Assembly: GCA_965661285.1 (NCBI GenBank)
Contig: CBFIDD010000001.1
Location: 192,001-256,000 of the forward strand
Reading direction: 5' to 3'
DNA length: 64,000 nt
Source: Poseidonia sp.
GTDB taxonomy: Archaea; Thermoplasmatota; Poseidoniia; Poseidoniales; Poseidoniaceae
Shown: piece after piece, positions 55,414 to 64,000 of the stretch
How the letters are laid out: each line of letters starts with the position of its first letter
How positions within the stretch are numbered: position 1 is the stretch's first letter
Position numbers and translations under genes: made by a program
The notes under the pieces: generated by a model
What the model was told of the DNA's origin: nothing
Databases searched by the model: none
What the model saw: the letters and a program-made list of their open reading frames with translations, nothing else

Positions 55414-58400
55414 ATGGCCGAAGACGAAGAGGTCGTGTTCACGACGAGCACCGGTCCCGTCCGTGTCATCACGGCAGCGTCTCTGTTTGACGGCCACGAC
55501 GCCGCCATCAACGTCATGCGACGGCTCATCCAGTCCTCGGGGGCTGAAGTCATCCACCTCGGCCATGACCAGTCGGCCAAAGCGGTCGTTGACTGTGCCA
55601 TTCAGGAAGACGCCCACGCCGTGGCCCTGACCTCGTACCAGGGCGGCCACGTTGAGTACTTCACCTACATTCGCCAGCTGCTCGATGAAGCCGGTTGCCA
55701 GCACGTCCGCATCTTTGGCGGTGGCGGCGGCACCATCACGCCGCCCGAAATTCGCACCCTCCACCAGTCGGGCATCTCCAAGATTTACTCGCCCGACGAC
55801 GGCCGAACGATGGGCTTGATGGGCATGATTCACCACCTGATGGGAATGGCGAGCGACGTCGATTTGGTCGGGAAGGCGCGCATGGACAGCCTGAACGGGC
55901 CGGTAACGCCTGAGGATATGGCGAAGGTCGGCTTGTTGTTGACGCTCTCAGAATCGGCCGATGAGAAGACCTTCAAGGCCGCTGTGGAAGCGTGCCGCTC
56001 CTCGGACAAGGACGTCCCCGTTATCGGGTTCACCGGAACGGGCGGGGCAGGAAAATCCAGCCTGCTCGACGAATTGATGCTGCGCATTCAACGGGATAAC
56101 CCCGGCAAGAAGGTCTGCCTGCTGTGCGTTGACCCTACACGAAAGCGAACCGGTGGCGCCCTTCTTGGGGACCGCATCCGCATGAACTCGCTTTCCAACA
56201 ACGACCTCTACATGCGCAGCCTCGCCAGCCGTGGCAGCGGCTCGGAGATCAGCGCAAACCTCGACCGAGCCATCGAGGTCGCCAAAGCGGTCGGCTTCGA
56301 CCTCATTTTCTGCGAGACCAGCGGCATCGGCCAGGGCAGCGACGCCATCACGACGGTGGCCGACCATTCCCTCTATGTCATGACCGCCGAGTTCGGTGCT
56401 CACACCCAACTCGAGAAGATCGAGATGCTCGATGTCGCCGATGTTGTCGTTCTTAATAAGTATGAGAAGCGGGGCAGTGAAGACGCCTTGCGAGCCATTC
56501 GCAAGCAGGTGCGTCGCAACCGCAACATGTTCGACGTGGCCGATGAGGAACTCCCCGTTGTCGCCACCATCGCCAGCCAGTTCGCTGACGGTGGCGTTGA
56601 CCGCCTGTGGCAGAAAGTCGCCGGACTTGTGGGCTTTGAGGCCAGCCAGCCCGTCGACGCCATGGGCGAGCGCAAAGGCGTGATTCCGCCCGAGCGCATT
56701 CACTACCTGTCGGAAATCGCCGCCACGGTGCGCGACTACCACGCCGCCAACACCGAAGTCGCCGAGAAGTTGCGCCTGTGCCAGCATTTGGAGACGGCTG
56801 CCGCCAATGCTGAAGAGCGCGGTGTGAAGGCGACGGCGAAGGATGTGCGGGCCCAGATTGGCGAGATCATGGAAGGGCTCGATGAGGCGAAGGAGGCCTT
56901 GGAAAACTTCCGGGCGTTGGCCGAGGAATACGCTTCAGGCCAGTACACCTACCACGTGCGTGGCAAGCCGTTCAAGGTTCAGACCACGACCGAATCGCTG
57001 GCGCACTCGAACATTCCTCGTGTCGCTTTGCCCAAGACCCGGGATGACGGCGAGTTGTACCAGTTCATCACCAAGGAAAACGCTCCCGGCCATTTCCCCT
57101 ACACCGCCGGCGTCTTCCCGTTCAAGCGAACCGACGAGTTGTCGGCCCGCATGTTCGCCGGTGAAGGCGAGCCCGAGCGCACCAACCGTCGCTTCCACTA
57201 CCTGAGCCAAGGCCAGGACTACGTCCGCCTCTCGACCGCCTTTGACTCGGTCACGCTCTACGGGCGGGACCCCGCTCGCCGCCCTGACATCTGGGGCAAA
57301 GTGGGCAACTCCGGCGTCTCCATCGCCACCACCGACGACGCCAAGCGCCTTTACTCCGGCTTTGACTTGTGCAACGCCAACACCTCGGTCTCGATGACCA
57401 TCAACGGGCCGGCGCCCATCATCTTGGCCTTCTTCCTCAACGCTGCTATTGACCAGCAGGTGGAAGCGTATCTTGCCGAACAGGGCAAGCCGGCGAAGTT
57501 GTTGGATTCCGCCTACCGGGGAGAACTCCCGGAAGGGCACAACGGGTTTGGACTGGCGACCGTGGGACGACGGGGCGACGAAATGGTGGACCCCAAGACC
57601 TACGCTGAGATCAAGGCACGAACCCTGCAGACGGTGCGTGGAACGGTCCAAGCCGACATCCTCAAGGAAGACCAGGCGCAAAACACCTGCATCTTCTCCA
57701 CGCCCTTTGCGCTCAAACTCATGGGCGACGTGCAGCAGTACTACATCGACCACGGCGTTCGCAACCACTACTCCGTGTCCATCTCGGGCTACCACATCGC
57801 TGAGGCTGGAGCGAACCCCATCACGCAACTTGCCTTGACGCTCGCCAACGGATTCACCTACGTGGAGTACTACCGCAGTCGGGGCATGGACATCAACAAG
57901 TTCGCACCGAACCTTTCCTTCTTCTTCTCCAACGGTCTTGACCCCGAATACACGGTCATCGGCCGGGTCGCACGCCGCATTTGGGCGGTCACCATGCGCG
58001 ACATGTACGGGGCCGACGAGCGCAGTCAGAAACTCAAGTACCACATTCAGACGAGTGGACGCAGCCTTCACGCCCAGGAGATCGACTTCAATGACATCCG
58101 AACGACCCTACAGGCTCTGCTTGCGATTCAAGACAACGCCAACTCCCTCCACACCAACGCCTATGACGAGGCCATCACCACCCCCACCGAAGAATCGGTG
58201 CGACGCGCCCTGGCAATTCAGCTCATCGTCAACAAGGAGAGCGGCTGGACCAAGACGGAGAACCCGATGCAGGGCGCCTACATCGTGGACGAACTGACCG
58301 ACCTCGTCGAGGATGCCGTGCTTCAGGAATTCGAAGCGATTTCCCGTCGTGGCGGCGTGCTCGGGGCCATGGAGACCATGTACCAGCGAGGCAAGATTCA

Positions 58401-58755
58401 GGACGAATCGATGTACTACGAGCACCTCAAGCACGACGGGACGCTGCCCATCATCGGCGTGAACACCTTCCAGAACCCCAACGCCGCCGCCTTTGACGAA
58501 TCAGCGGCGGACGACTTCGAGATGGAACTCGCTCGTGCGACGCCCGAGGAGAAGGAAGCCTGTTTGGAGCGGGTGGTCCACCGACAAACGGTGGACGGTG
58601 AGGCCACGCAGGCGGCCCTTGCGCAGCTGCAAGAAGTCGCACGCCAAGGCGGGAACGTGTTCGAGGAACTGATGGAGACCGTCAAGGTGGCGAGCTTGGG
58701 TCAAATCACGGATGCGCTGTTCAACGTGGGTGGGCAGTATCGGCGAAACATGTGA
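55414..58755 (+). CDS. icmF: Fused isobutyryl-CoA mutase (B12-binding, MeaI GTPase and mutase domains)
   Basis: ASLFDGHDA, GTGGAGKSS, GDRIRM, ARMFAG (Phe at the specificity position), RLSTAFDSVTLYG, GTVQADILKEDQ, GQYRRNM. Confidence 0.95.
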   Translation: MAEDEEVVFTTSTGPVRVITAASLFDGHDAAINVMRRLIQSSGAEVIHLGHDQSAKAVVDCAIQEDAHAVALTSYQGGHVEYFTYIRQLLDEAGCQHVRIFGGGGGTITPPEIRTLHQSGISKIYSPDDGRTMGLMGMIHHLMGMASDVDLVGKARMDSLNGPVTPEDMAKVGLLLTLSESADEKTFKAAVEACRSSDKDVPVIGFTGTGGAGKSSLLDELMLRIQRDNPGKKVCLLCVDPTRKRTGGALLGDRIRMNSLSNNDLYMRSLASRGSGSEISANLDRAIEVAKAVGFDLIFCETSGIGQGSDAITTVADHSLYVMTAEFGAHTQLEKIEMLDVADVVVLNKYEKRGSEDALRAIRKQVRRNRNMFDVADEELPVVATIASQFADGGVDRLWQKVAGLVGFEASQPVDAMGERKGVIPPERIHYLSEIAATVRDYHAANTEVAEKLRLCQHLETAAANAEERGVKATAKDVRAQIGEIMEGLDEAKEALENFRALAEEYASGQYTYHVRGKPFKVQTTTESLAHSNIPRVALPKTRDDGELYQFITKENAPGHFPYTAGVFPFKRTDELSARMFAGEGEPERTNRRFHYLSQGQDYVRLSTAFDSVTLYGRDPARRPDIWGKVGNSGVSIATTDDAKRLYSGFDLCNANTSVSMTINGPAPIILAFFLNAAIDQQVEAYLAEQGKPAKLLDSAYRGELPEGHNGFGLATVGRRGDEMVDPKTYAEIKARTLQTVRGTVQADILKEDQAQNTCIFSTPFALKLMGDVQQYYIDHGVRNHYSVSISGYHIAEAGANPITQLALTLANGFTYVEYYRSRGMDINKFAPNLSFFFSNGLDPEYTVIGRVARRIWAVTMRDMYGADERSQKLKYHIQTSGRSLHAQEIDFNDIRTTLQALLAIQDNANSLHTNAYDEAITTPTEESVRRALAIQLIVNKESGWTKTENPMQGAYIVDELTDLVEDAVLQEFEAISRRGGVLGAMETMYQRGKIQDESMYYEHLKHDGTLPIIGVNTFQNPNAAAFDESAADDFEMELARATPEEKEACLERVVHRQTVDGEATQAALAQLQEVARQGGNVFEELMETVKVASLGQITDALFNVGGQYRRNM
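58684..58755 (+). repeat. Direct repeat copy 1: icmF 3' end
   Basis: Aligns without gaps to 59528-59599; 62/72 identical by hand count. Confidence 0.92.
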
Positions 58756-58813
58756 AGCTTCAACCCTCAGCATGCCGGAGAATTCTTTATCTGTCTCACA
58801 TTGAACCAATCAC

Positions 58814-59491
58814 ATGGAGACCCCACCTCCATCCTCTGATTCCAAGCCAAAGGCGATCACCATTGGAAATGTGAATATCTCGCCAATGGCCCTCGAAGAG
58901 CAGACGCAGGACACTCCCCCATCCATCGAACCCACCGTGAATCGTTTTGATGGGAACGAACATTCTGATCTTCACGGCCTCGTACGAACCAGAACCGATT
59001 CAACGATCAAAACCAGCACTTCTCCCGGCCTCTTCGTGATGTTCCTGTATTACCTTCCTTCTCTTTACCTCTGCATGGCTATTTTTGTTGTCCCTGACAG
59101 GATCAATGTAGAGGCTTTCATCGTGGGGATCATGGCACCCATTATTGGATTCATTGTTGGCCTTTTTCACCTGAGATGGGAATTTTTCAGAGGCTTTCTT
59201 TTGCAGATTGGTCTCTCTTTTCCCGTTGCTGTTCTTTGGTGCGTCGCAGGTGCTGCCGGTCTGTTTGGGAATTCCAGTGCTGCCGATCTGTTGGGGGAAA
59301 ACTATCTGCATGAGAAATTCACCATGGCCTTGCTGGCCACCCTTCTTGCAACCCTCATTCTCCCCTTCAACTACCACACGAAGTCTTTGCATGGCCGAGC
59401 GCTGGGCGCCTTATACGGTGCTCCTTTCGGGGTTTGTCTCTTGTTGATCGGCCTCTTGATTGGTGTCATCAGTCGGTTTGGCATTGTCTGA
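58814..59491 (+). CDS. Hypothetical membrane protein (about 5 TM) between the direct repeats
   Basis: Disordered N-terminus then hydrophobic helices; TTTATC box at -28; AT-richer codons than core genes. Confidence 0.7.
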   Translation: METPPPSSDSKPKAITIGNVNISPMALEEQTQDTPPSIEPTVNRFDGNEHSDLHGLVRTRTDSTIKTSTSPGLFVMFLYYLPSLYLCMAIFVVPDRINVEAFIVGIMAPIIGFIVGLFHLRWEFFRGFLLQIGLSFPVAVLWCVAGAAGLFGNSSAADLLGENYLHEKFTMALLATLLATLILPFNYHTKSLHGRALGALYGAPFGVCLLLIGLLIGVISRFGIV

Positions 59492-59527
59492 TGAATACGG
59501 GCACTCAAACGATGGGTGAGGGCCGCG

Positions 59528-59599
59528 AAAATGGCGAGCCACGGTCAGATCACCGATGCGCTGTTCAACGTGGGTGGGCAGTACCGGCGCAATATGTGA
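59528..59599 (+). repeat. Direct repeat copy 2: orphan icmF 3' fragment
   Basis: Translates as KMASHGQITDALFNVGGQYRRNM* versus IcmF KVASLGQITDALFNVGGQYRRNM*. Confidence 0.92.
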
Positions 59600-59669
59600 T
59601 TGATTTTCCTCCTATAGTTTGCCGCCTGCGCGTGTGCTTCGTTATTTTATGAAGTTTTCAACCGAAGCC

Positions 59670-59677
59670 TTTATAAA
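59670..59677 (+). promoter_or_regulatory. Canonical TATA box of the island operon
   Basis: TTTATAAA preceded by CCGAAG (BRE-like); SD-like AGGAGG before ATG 59747. Confidence 0.65.
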
Positions 59678-59698
59678 GGTGGTAGTCCCGACACCATA

Positions 59699-59965
59699 AT
59701 GCCCGCACCAACAAATAGGACCCATATACAAAAGGAGGCGAACACCATGCAAACGAATACAATAACCGAAAACCTAGCACTGACCGAGCTGATGAACCAC
59801 GACGGAGGCGTTGACGCTGACATGGTGGACATTTACTTCCACTCTCCAGACTTAATCAAGGCTCTTACCATGGCCGTGAAGCAAAACCTTGTGATTTGGG
59901 ACAATGACAGAATCCACATTGAACCCAAGCTGTTCTTCGCCATGGTTCAGGGGGTGGCGTTCTGA
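59699..59965 (+). CDS. Small hypothetical protein, possibly winged-helix
   Basis: Helix-helix-hairpin pattern LIKALTMAVKQNLVIWDNDRIHI. An alternative start at ATG 59747 follows AGGAGG. Confidence 0.6.
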   Translation: MPAPTNRTHIQKEANTMQTNTITENLALTELMNHDGGVDADMVDIYFHSPDLIKALTMAVKQNLVIWDNDRIHIEPKLFFAMVQGVAF

Positions 59966-61095
59966 TTACGCTCACGCTCTCATGTTCCAATCCACAATGC
60001 GGAAGCGCCATGCGACTGCCGTTCACAACCCACTCGGTTTTTCCGAACATCGAAAACCGTTGCGCAGTGTGTAATCAAGGCGTCCTCATCATTTCACAGA
60101 TTGAAAATGAGGACCCTCCTCTTGCAACCACGGCAGCCATCCATGCAGAAGCACCCGCCAGCGATGTCTCATTGAACGAGAGTCTTGGAGGAAACCGCAT
60201 TTTCACAGCATTCCAAAACCGATTGGCGCCTCTTGTCGTCATCCTTCAACTCATTGATGAACTGAGTGAGGAAACCGGAGACGTTGAGATTTCAGCCCTG
60301 GTTGAAGCCTTCAAAGAGCGCTCGGGATTCTTGCGAAAGCACCTCTCCGACCGTCTCGAGCACCCGCTTGGCGTCAAGCGAGGCCAGAAACTGTCGGACG
60401 GCTTTCCGGCCGTTGACCGCCCTGGCCCATTGAACATCACCCTTCGAAACTACATCGGTTGCGATGAAAAACGATTGTTGGTAGGCCGTGGGCTCATCCA
60501 GGAGTTTGACCTGGTGACCATTGTTGACGATACCAAACTCAAGCTGACAGAGAAAGCAAAGCCGTTCCTCAAACTTCCTCACCTCGCTGACAAAATTGAG
60601 ACCACACAGGAGTTGGTAGCGTTCTACTCCAATCCAGTTCTACCGAAGTACTACGAAGAAGCGTTTGCGTTCGAACTCGCTCATGCAGTTGGAACGTTAG
60701 CTCCCGATCAGCACGATTGGATGATGCACATTCTCGGAAAAATCATCGCTTGCGAACACAAGAACGGTTGGGATTCCAACGCCTATGCTGCCGATGAAAC
60801 GCAACTCGCCAGTGTTGGGAAGGCTCATGCGCGGTGGAGGCTCATCGACCACACGTTCGGAACCTTGTATGAGAAATTCGAAGCCCAGGCGGTGCGAAAG
60901 GCTCACCATGACCCTGAGGGACAAGCCAGGAGTCGTCATGAGAGCCACGTCAATGGGAAGCTTGGCAGCGTTTTGAGTCATCTCAAGGAACTCGGGTTCA
61001 TTGTACCCGTGGCTGTGGGGAACACGAAGAATTTCGCAGCAACGGAGCGTGGGCACAGATACCAAGATTCAATGTCCAAAGGAGTTGAAAAGTGA
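59962..61095 (+). CDS. Hypothetical protein with probable N-terminal Zn ribbon and winged-helix-like segments
   Basis: ORF track start is 60010, but the frame extends to CTG 59962, giving CSNPQC...CAVC. wHTH-like LSHLKELGFI...FAATERG at the C-terminus. Confidence 0.65.
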   Translation: MITLTLSCSNPQCGSAMRLPFTTHSVFPNIENRCAVCNQGVLIISQIENEDPPLATTAAIHAEAPASDVSLNESLGGNRIFTAFQNRLAPLVVILQLIDELSEETGDVEISALVEAFKERSGFLRKHLSDRLEHPLGVKRGQKLSDGFPAVDRPGPLNITLRNYIGCDEKRLLVGRGLIQEFDLVTIVDDTKLKLTEKAKPFLKLPHLADKIETTQELVAFYSNPVLPKYYEEAFAFELAHAVGTLAPDQHDWMMHILGKIIACEHKNGWDSNAYAADETQLASVGKAHARWRLIDHTFGTLYEKFEAQAVRKAHHDPEGQARSRHESHVNGKLGSVLSHLKELGFIVPVAVGNTKNFAATERGHRYQDSMSKGVEK

Positions 61096-61147
61096 TGATT
61101 TTTAGAACCCAAGGTAGATATACCTGTTTTGAAAGTTAGGTGGATGC

Positions 61148-63280
61148 ATGACGATTGAGTGGGTTTTTGATAAAGCGGGAGCGAACATGACCAAGCACCG
61201 TGACATGGAGGAAGGAATCGTCCAAGCCACAAGCACGATGACTCGCCTCGAGATTCTAGCTCGGGAAAACGAACAAAATCTTGTGGACCATCCTGCAGAC
61301 AACACAAAGCCCACACGATGCACCTATGAGGTGAAAAAACTCTCAGGGTCTGTCAAAGATGATTTTTATGCCACACTATGTATGAGTGATTATGGACCTC
61401 ACATAGATGGGGCAATAAAACCGCCCATTGCTGATTTCCCTGTTGCAACGAACCTTGTTTCAGATACCAGTGAAGACCTAAATCTTTTGATAATCCGCCA
61501 CGACAATGGAATTGGTTTACTCGGTGGTGAATTCATTGATGAGGGGACGGTCGACAAAAATTTTCGGGCGCTCGTGAAATCTTACGGACTTAATGAGAAG
61601 GGCGCAGATGGCGGCGGAGGTTCTCACGGTGTTGGGAAAAACGTTTACTGGCAGTGGTCCAAACACGGAATTGTCCTTTTTTATTCAAGCCTGTCAAAAG
61701 ATTACAAGGGCCACACTCGCAGATTCATTGGTACAGGCCGAGTGAAGGTGGCTCACATGGAGAAGGTAGGAGGGCCAACTTACCACCCCTATGGCCTCCT
61801 TGGAACAAAAACTACTCATGGAGGCGTTGATGCCTGTGTTTCGTTGTATGATGATGACGCAGATACCCTTGCGAAAAAACTCGGGCTAAATGTAAGGTCT
61901 CCAACTGAACCAGGTACAACCATCGTCATTGTAGGATTCAGGGACCCATTGGATCCAACAAAAGATTGGGTTGATGAAGCAATCAATGGAGAAACAACCT
62001 TGCGATTTTCGTCTGAGAAGAGTTGGTTTCCCGCAAAACTATCTAATGCACTCGAGGTATCTTATGTTGACGCATCAGGACCAGAAAACTGGGACCCAAC
62101 CGTAGGTAAAAGTTTTCGATTGTTGAAATGGTTGGAAAAGGGCCTTGATGAGGAGAAAGGGGCGGATGAATTAGTCCCCGGTCGCCCAAAACGTTGTCCT
62201 ACAACTTTGAAGAGAATTGAACTCGACTTGTCCATCCCAAGAGATTACCCAGGAAACAGCACAACTGGAGTCTTACGGTCAAAGGCCGTGCTGGCACTGA
62301 TGATTGTTGATGATGAAGAATTCGACCAACCGAACCCAGAACTTGGAGATGACAAATGGGGGACTACGGCGTGTATCAGACACACGGGCATGGTGGTCAC
62401 ATACAAACCATTCATTCAAAAACCTACAAAGTTTTATCGAGGCGTCCTGTTAGTTGGTAAGAGCGTTGATACTTTTGACAAAAAACTCCGGGGCACGCTC
62501 AATGCTGATGCACAGAAATTGGCAGAAGAAATGATGAAGTTCAGTGAGCCCGCAGTGCATGATGACTGGCAACCCAAAAATTTCAGCGCATACGTCGCAG
62601 GAAACGGTTCACTAGAATCTGGGTACAGAGCAGTCGCATCCGTTGGTGAAAGAAGAATTTCAACCTTCCTCAAAGATGTTGAGAAAGCAACAAGAGAAGC
62701 ACTTGGCCTTCTCGCACCACCGAAGGCCAAGAAATCTGCTGACTGGGCAGATTTGTCAAAAGAACTCGATTTTGGCTCAAGCAACTCTGATTCTGGAGGC
62801 AGGATCATCAGCATTACATCTTCAAAGGTGGTCAAAACTGATGGAAATAAAGCTAAACTTTCATTCAATGTTGATGTGCCTAGATTGGGGCCTGCAAACG
62901 GATGGAATTCGAAGACCACACATTGGTGGCTCAAAATCGTACCCAAACTGTTGTGGCCAAACGGGAAAAAGCAGACACCTCCCACAGAGATTGTCTGTAT
63001 TGACTTTGCTAATTTGCTGGATGATGCAAACAACTCAACATGGAAGAACCTAGCAAAGGTGAATTATGCTACTCGCAAAGCGGAGTGGAAGAAGAAAGCC
63101 AGCCGTCAAGCAAAAGCCATGAAAATTGATGAATGGGTTGGCAAGGTGAACCACTTGGAAAAGGCAGAAGTATTGACAAAAAACATCTCGTTGTCTTTCA
63201 AGAACATTGAAATTGACTTAACAGGATATGAGAATGCTATGTTGGTATTGTCTATCGAAGCTGGAGAGGTGAGACCATGA
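61148..63280 (+). CDS. GHKL (HATPase_c/MORC/MutL-like) ATPase-domain protein
   Basis: N-box RENEQNLVD, G1 HDNGIGL, G2 GGSHGVGK, G3 PGTTIVI in the expected order. Confidence 0.72.
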   Translation: MTIEWVFDKAGANMTKHRDMEEGIVQATSTMTRLEILARENEQNLVDHPADNTKPTRCTYEVKKLSGSVKDDFYATLCMSDYGPHIDGAIKPPIADFPVATNLVSDTSEDLNLLIIRHDNGIGLLGGEFIDEGTVDKNFRALVKSYGLNEKGADGGGGSHGVGKNVYWQWSKHGIVLFYSSLSKDYKGHTRRFIGTGRVKVAHMEKVGGPTYHPYGLLGTKTTHGGVDACVSLYDDDADTLAKKLGLNVRSPTEPGTTIVIVGFRDPLDPTKDWVDEAINGETTLRFSSEKSWFPAKLSNALEVSYVDASGPENWDPTVGKSFRLLKWLEKGLDEEKGADELVPGRPKRCPTTLKRIELDLSIPRDYPGNSTTGVLRSKAVLALMIVDDEEFDQPNPELGDDKWGTTACIRHTGMVVTYKPFIQKPTKFYRGVLLVGKSVDTFDKKLRGTLNADAQKLAEEMMKFSEPAVHDDWQPKNFSAYVAGNGSLESGYRAVASVGERRISTFLKDVEKATREALGLLAPPKAKKSADWADLSKELDFGSSNSDSGGRIISITSSKVVKTDGNKAKLSFNVDVPRLGPANGWNSKTTHWWLKIVPKLLWPNGKKQTPPTEIVCIDFANLLDDANNSTWKNLAKVNYATRKAEWKKKASRQAKAMKIDEWVGKVNHLEKAEVLTKNISLSFKNIEIDLTGYENAMLVLSIEAGEVRP

Positions 63281-64000
63281 GCAACACATCAAAAACACCT
63301 GCAATTATGCTGCCACACGAAACCGGAGAAATTACACTTACAAAGGCAATTGTTGAATTCAAAGATACATCCGGGAATCCTTGTTGGGACAAATATGAGT
63401 GGGTTAATTCTGATGATGATTCTCCCCGAGTGGATGCTCGCGAGTCGTATCCAAACTATTCAGAAGATCAACTCTATTCACCCGTTGATACCTGCGAGGT
63501 TTCCTTGACATTTTCTGCTGATACGGAGGATTGTCTCATGGATGTTGACGATGAATTCCAATATTGGGTCAAAATTATTAGCAGTGCATCAAAGTACCAG
63601 ATTGTGAGGCCTGGAGTAGAATCCAAGCGAGGGAAATATAATACCACGATGTCCGTCACCCTACTCCGAGATGAGTTTCTGAACCTCAAAGGACTTGTAG
63701 AGTGTGAGATTATCCTAATTAAATCAGGAGACGGCACGTCCGTCGGTACGAATCCTGTCAAGACTACCAGCGGAGTTTTTGCGACCTCTGACGGAGCAAT
63801 TCTTGCTACTTCCGATTCAGATTCAACGTTACAAATTGTGTTGGACGACCCATCCGCCCCGACATCAAAGGGAATGGAACTTGAATGGATTGACATGAGC
63901 GATACTCCAAACGCACAATATGTCTTGAATTATTTGAATTGTGAAAATCCCAATGAAACGAACTTCAAAATCACACTCCAATTGAATGACAAGTCTCACC
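63277..64000 (+). CDS. Hypothetical protein (partial), translationally coupled to the GHKL gene
   Basis: ATGA overlap at 63277-63280 with SD-like GGAGAGGTGA; frame MSNTSKTPAIMLPHE... open to the window end by manual translation. Confidence 0.8.
   Translation, partial: MSNTSKTPAIMLPHETGEITLTKAIVEFKDTSGNPCWDKYEWVNSDDDSPRVDARESYPNYSEDQLYSPVDTCEVSLTFSADTEDCLMDVDDEFQYWVKIISSASKYQIVRPGVESKRGKYNTTMSVTLLRDEFLNLKGLVECEIILIKSGDGTSVGTNPVKTTSGVFATSDGAILATSDSDSTLQIVLDDPSAPTSKGMELEWIDMSDTPNAQYVLNYLNCENPNETNFKITLQLNDKSH

Larger units (their letters stand above)
58756..64000. mobile_element. Putative genomic island anchored at the icmF 3' end (right end outside window)
   Basis: Duplicated gene end, visible GC drop (hand counts: 40/60 GC at 57241-57300 vs 19/60 at 63181-63240), orphan genes. 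No integrase within the window. Confidence 0.65.

Noticed and set aside
56935-58071. 378-aa minus-strand ORF
   Set aside because: Antisense shadow of icmF.
59600-59698. Possible tRNA at the island junction
   Set aside because: No cloverleaf or T-arm GTTCRA with matching stems visible; the repeat is the icmF end instead.

Overview
Gene-dense, GC-rich archaeal chromosome segment. TBP, NMD3, Csl4, METTL5-type methylase, archaeal PGI/PMI and mevalonate kinase sit beside bacterial-type IcmF, FadF, SMUG1 and an M23 peptidase, plus large membrane-anchored PKD/TSP3/S8 proteins. This gene content suggests Marine Group II Euryarchaeota (Poseidoniales); that assignment is inference. About 44 CDS were found; no rRNA, tRNA, CRISPR array, transposase or integrase was seen. 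Main observations: (1) A 26-aa cytoplasmic tail motif, GPPLPxxGLPxGWTMEQWxxYGxx[WY]L, is shared by three single-pass surface proteins of two unrelated architectures, and one of them lies directly upstream of sepF. (2) An exosome Csl4 subunit is fused to two canonical RRM domains and RGG tracts. (3) The 3' end of icmF is duplicated with only synonymous differences, at the border of an AT-richer island encoding wHTH-like proteins and a GHKL ATPase. (4) A compact ccm locus has a CcmA-membrane fusion and a CcmD-like peptide. (5) A degenerate TATA-like box recurs at -30/-29 from about 19 start codons, implying leaderless mRNAs. All calls come from reading motifs by eye; no database searches were run.
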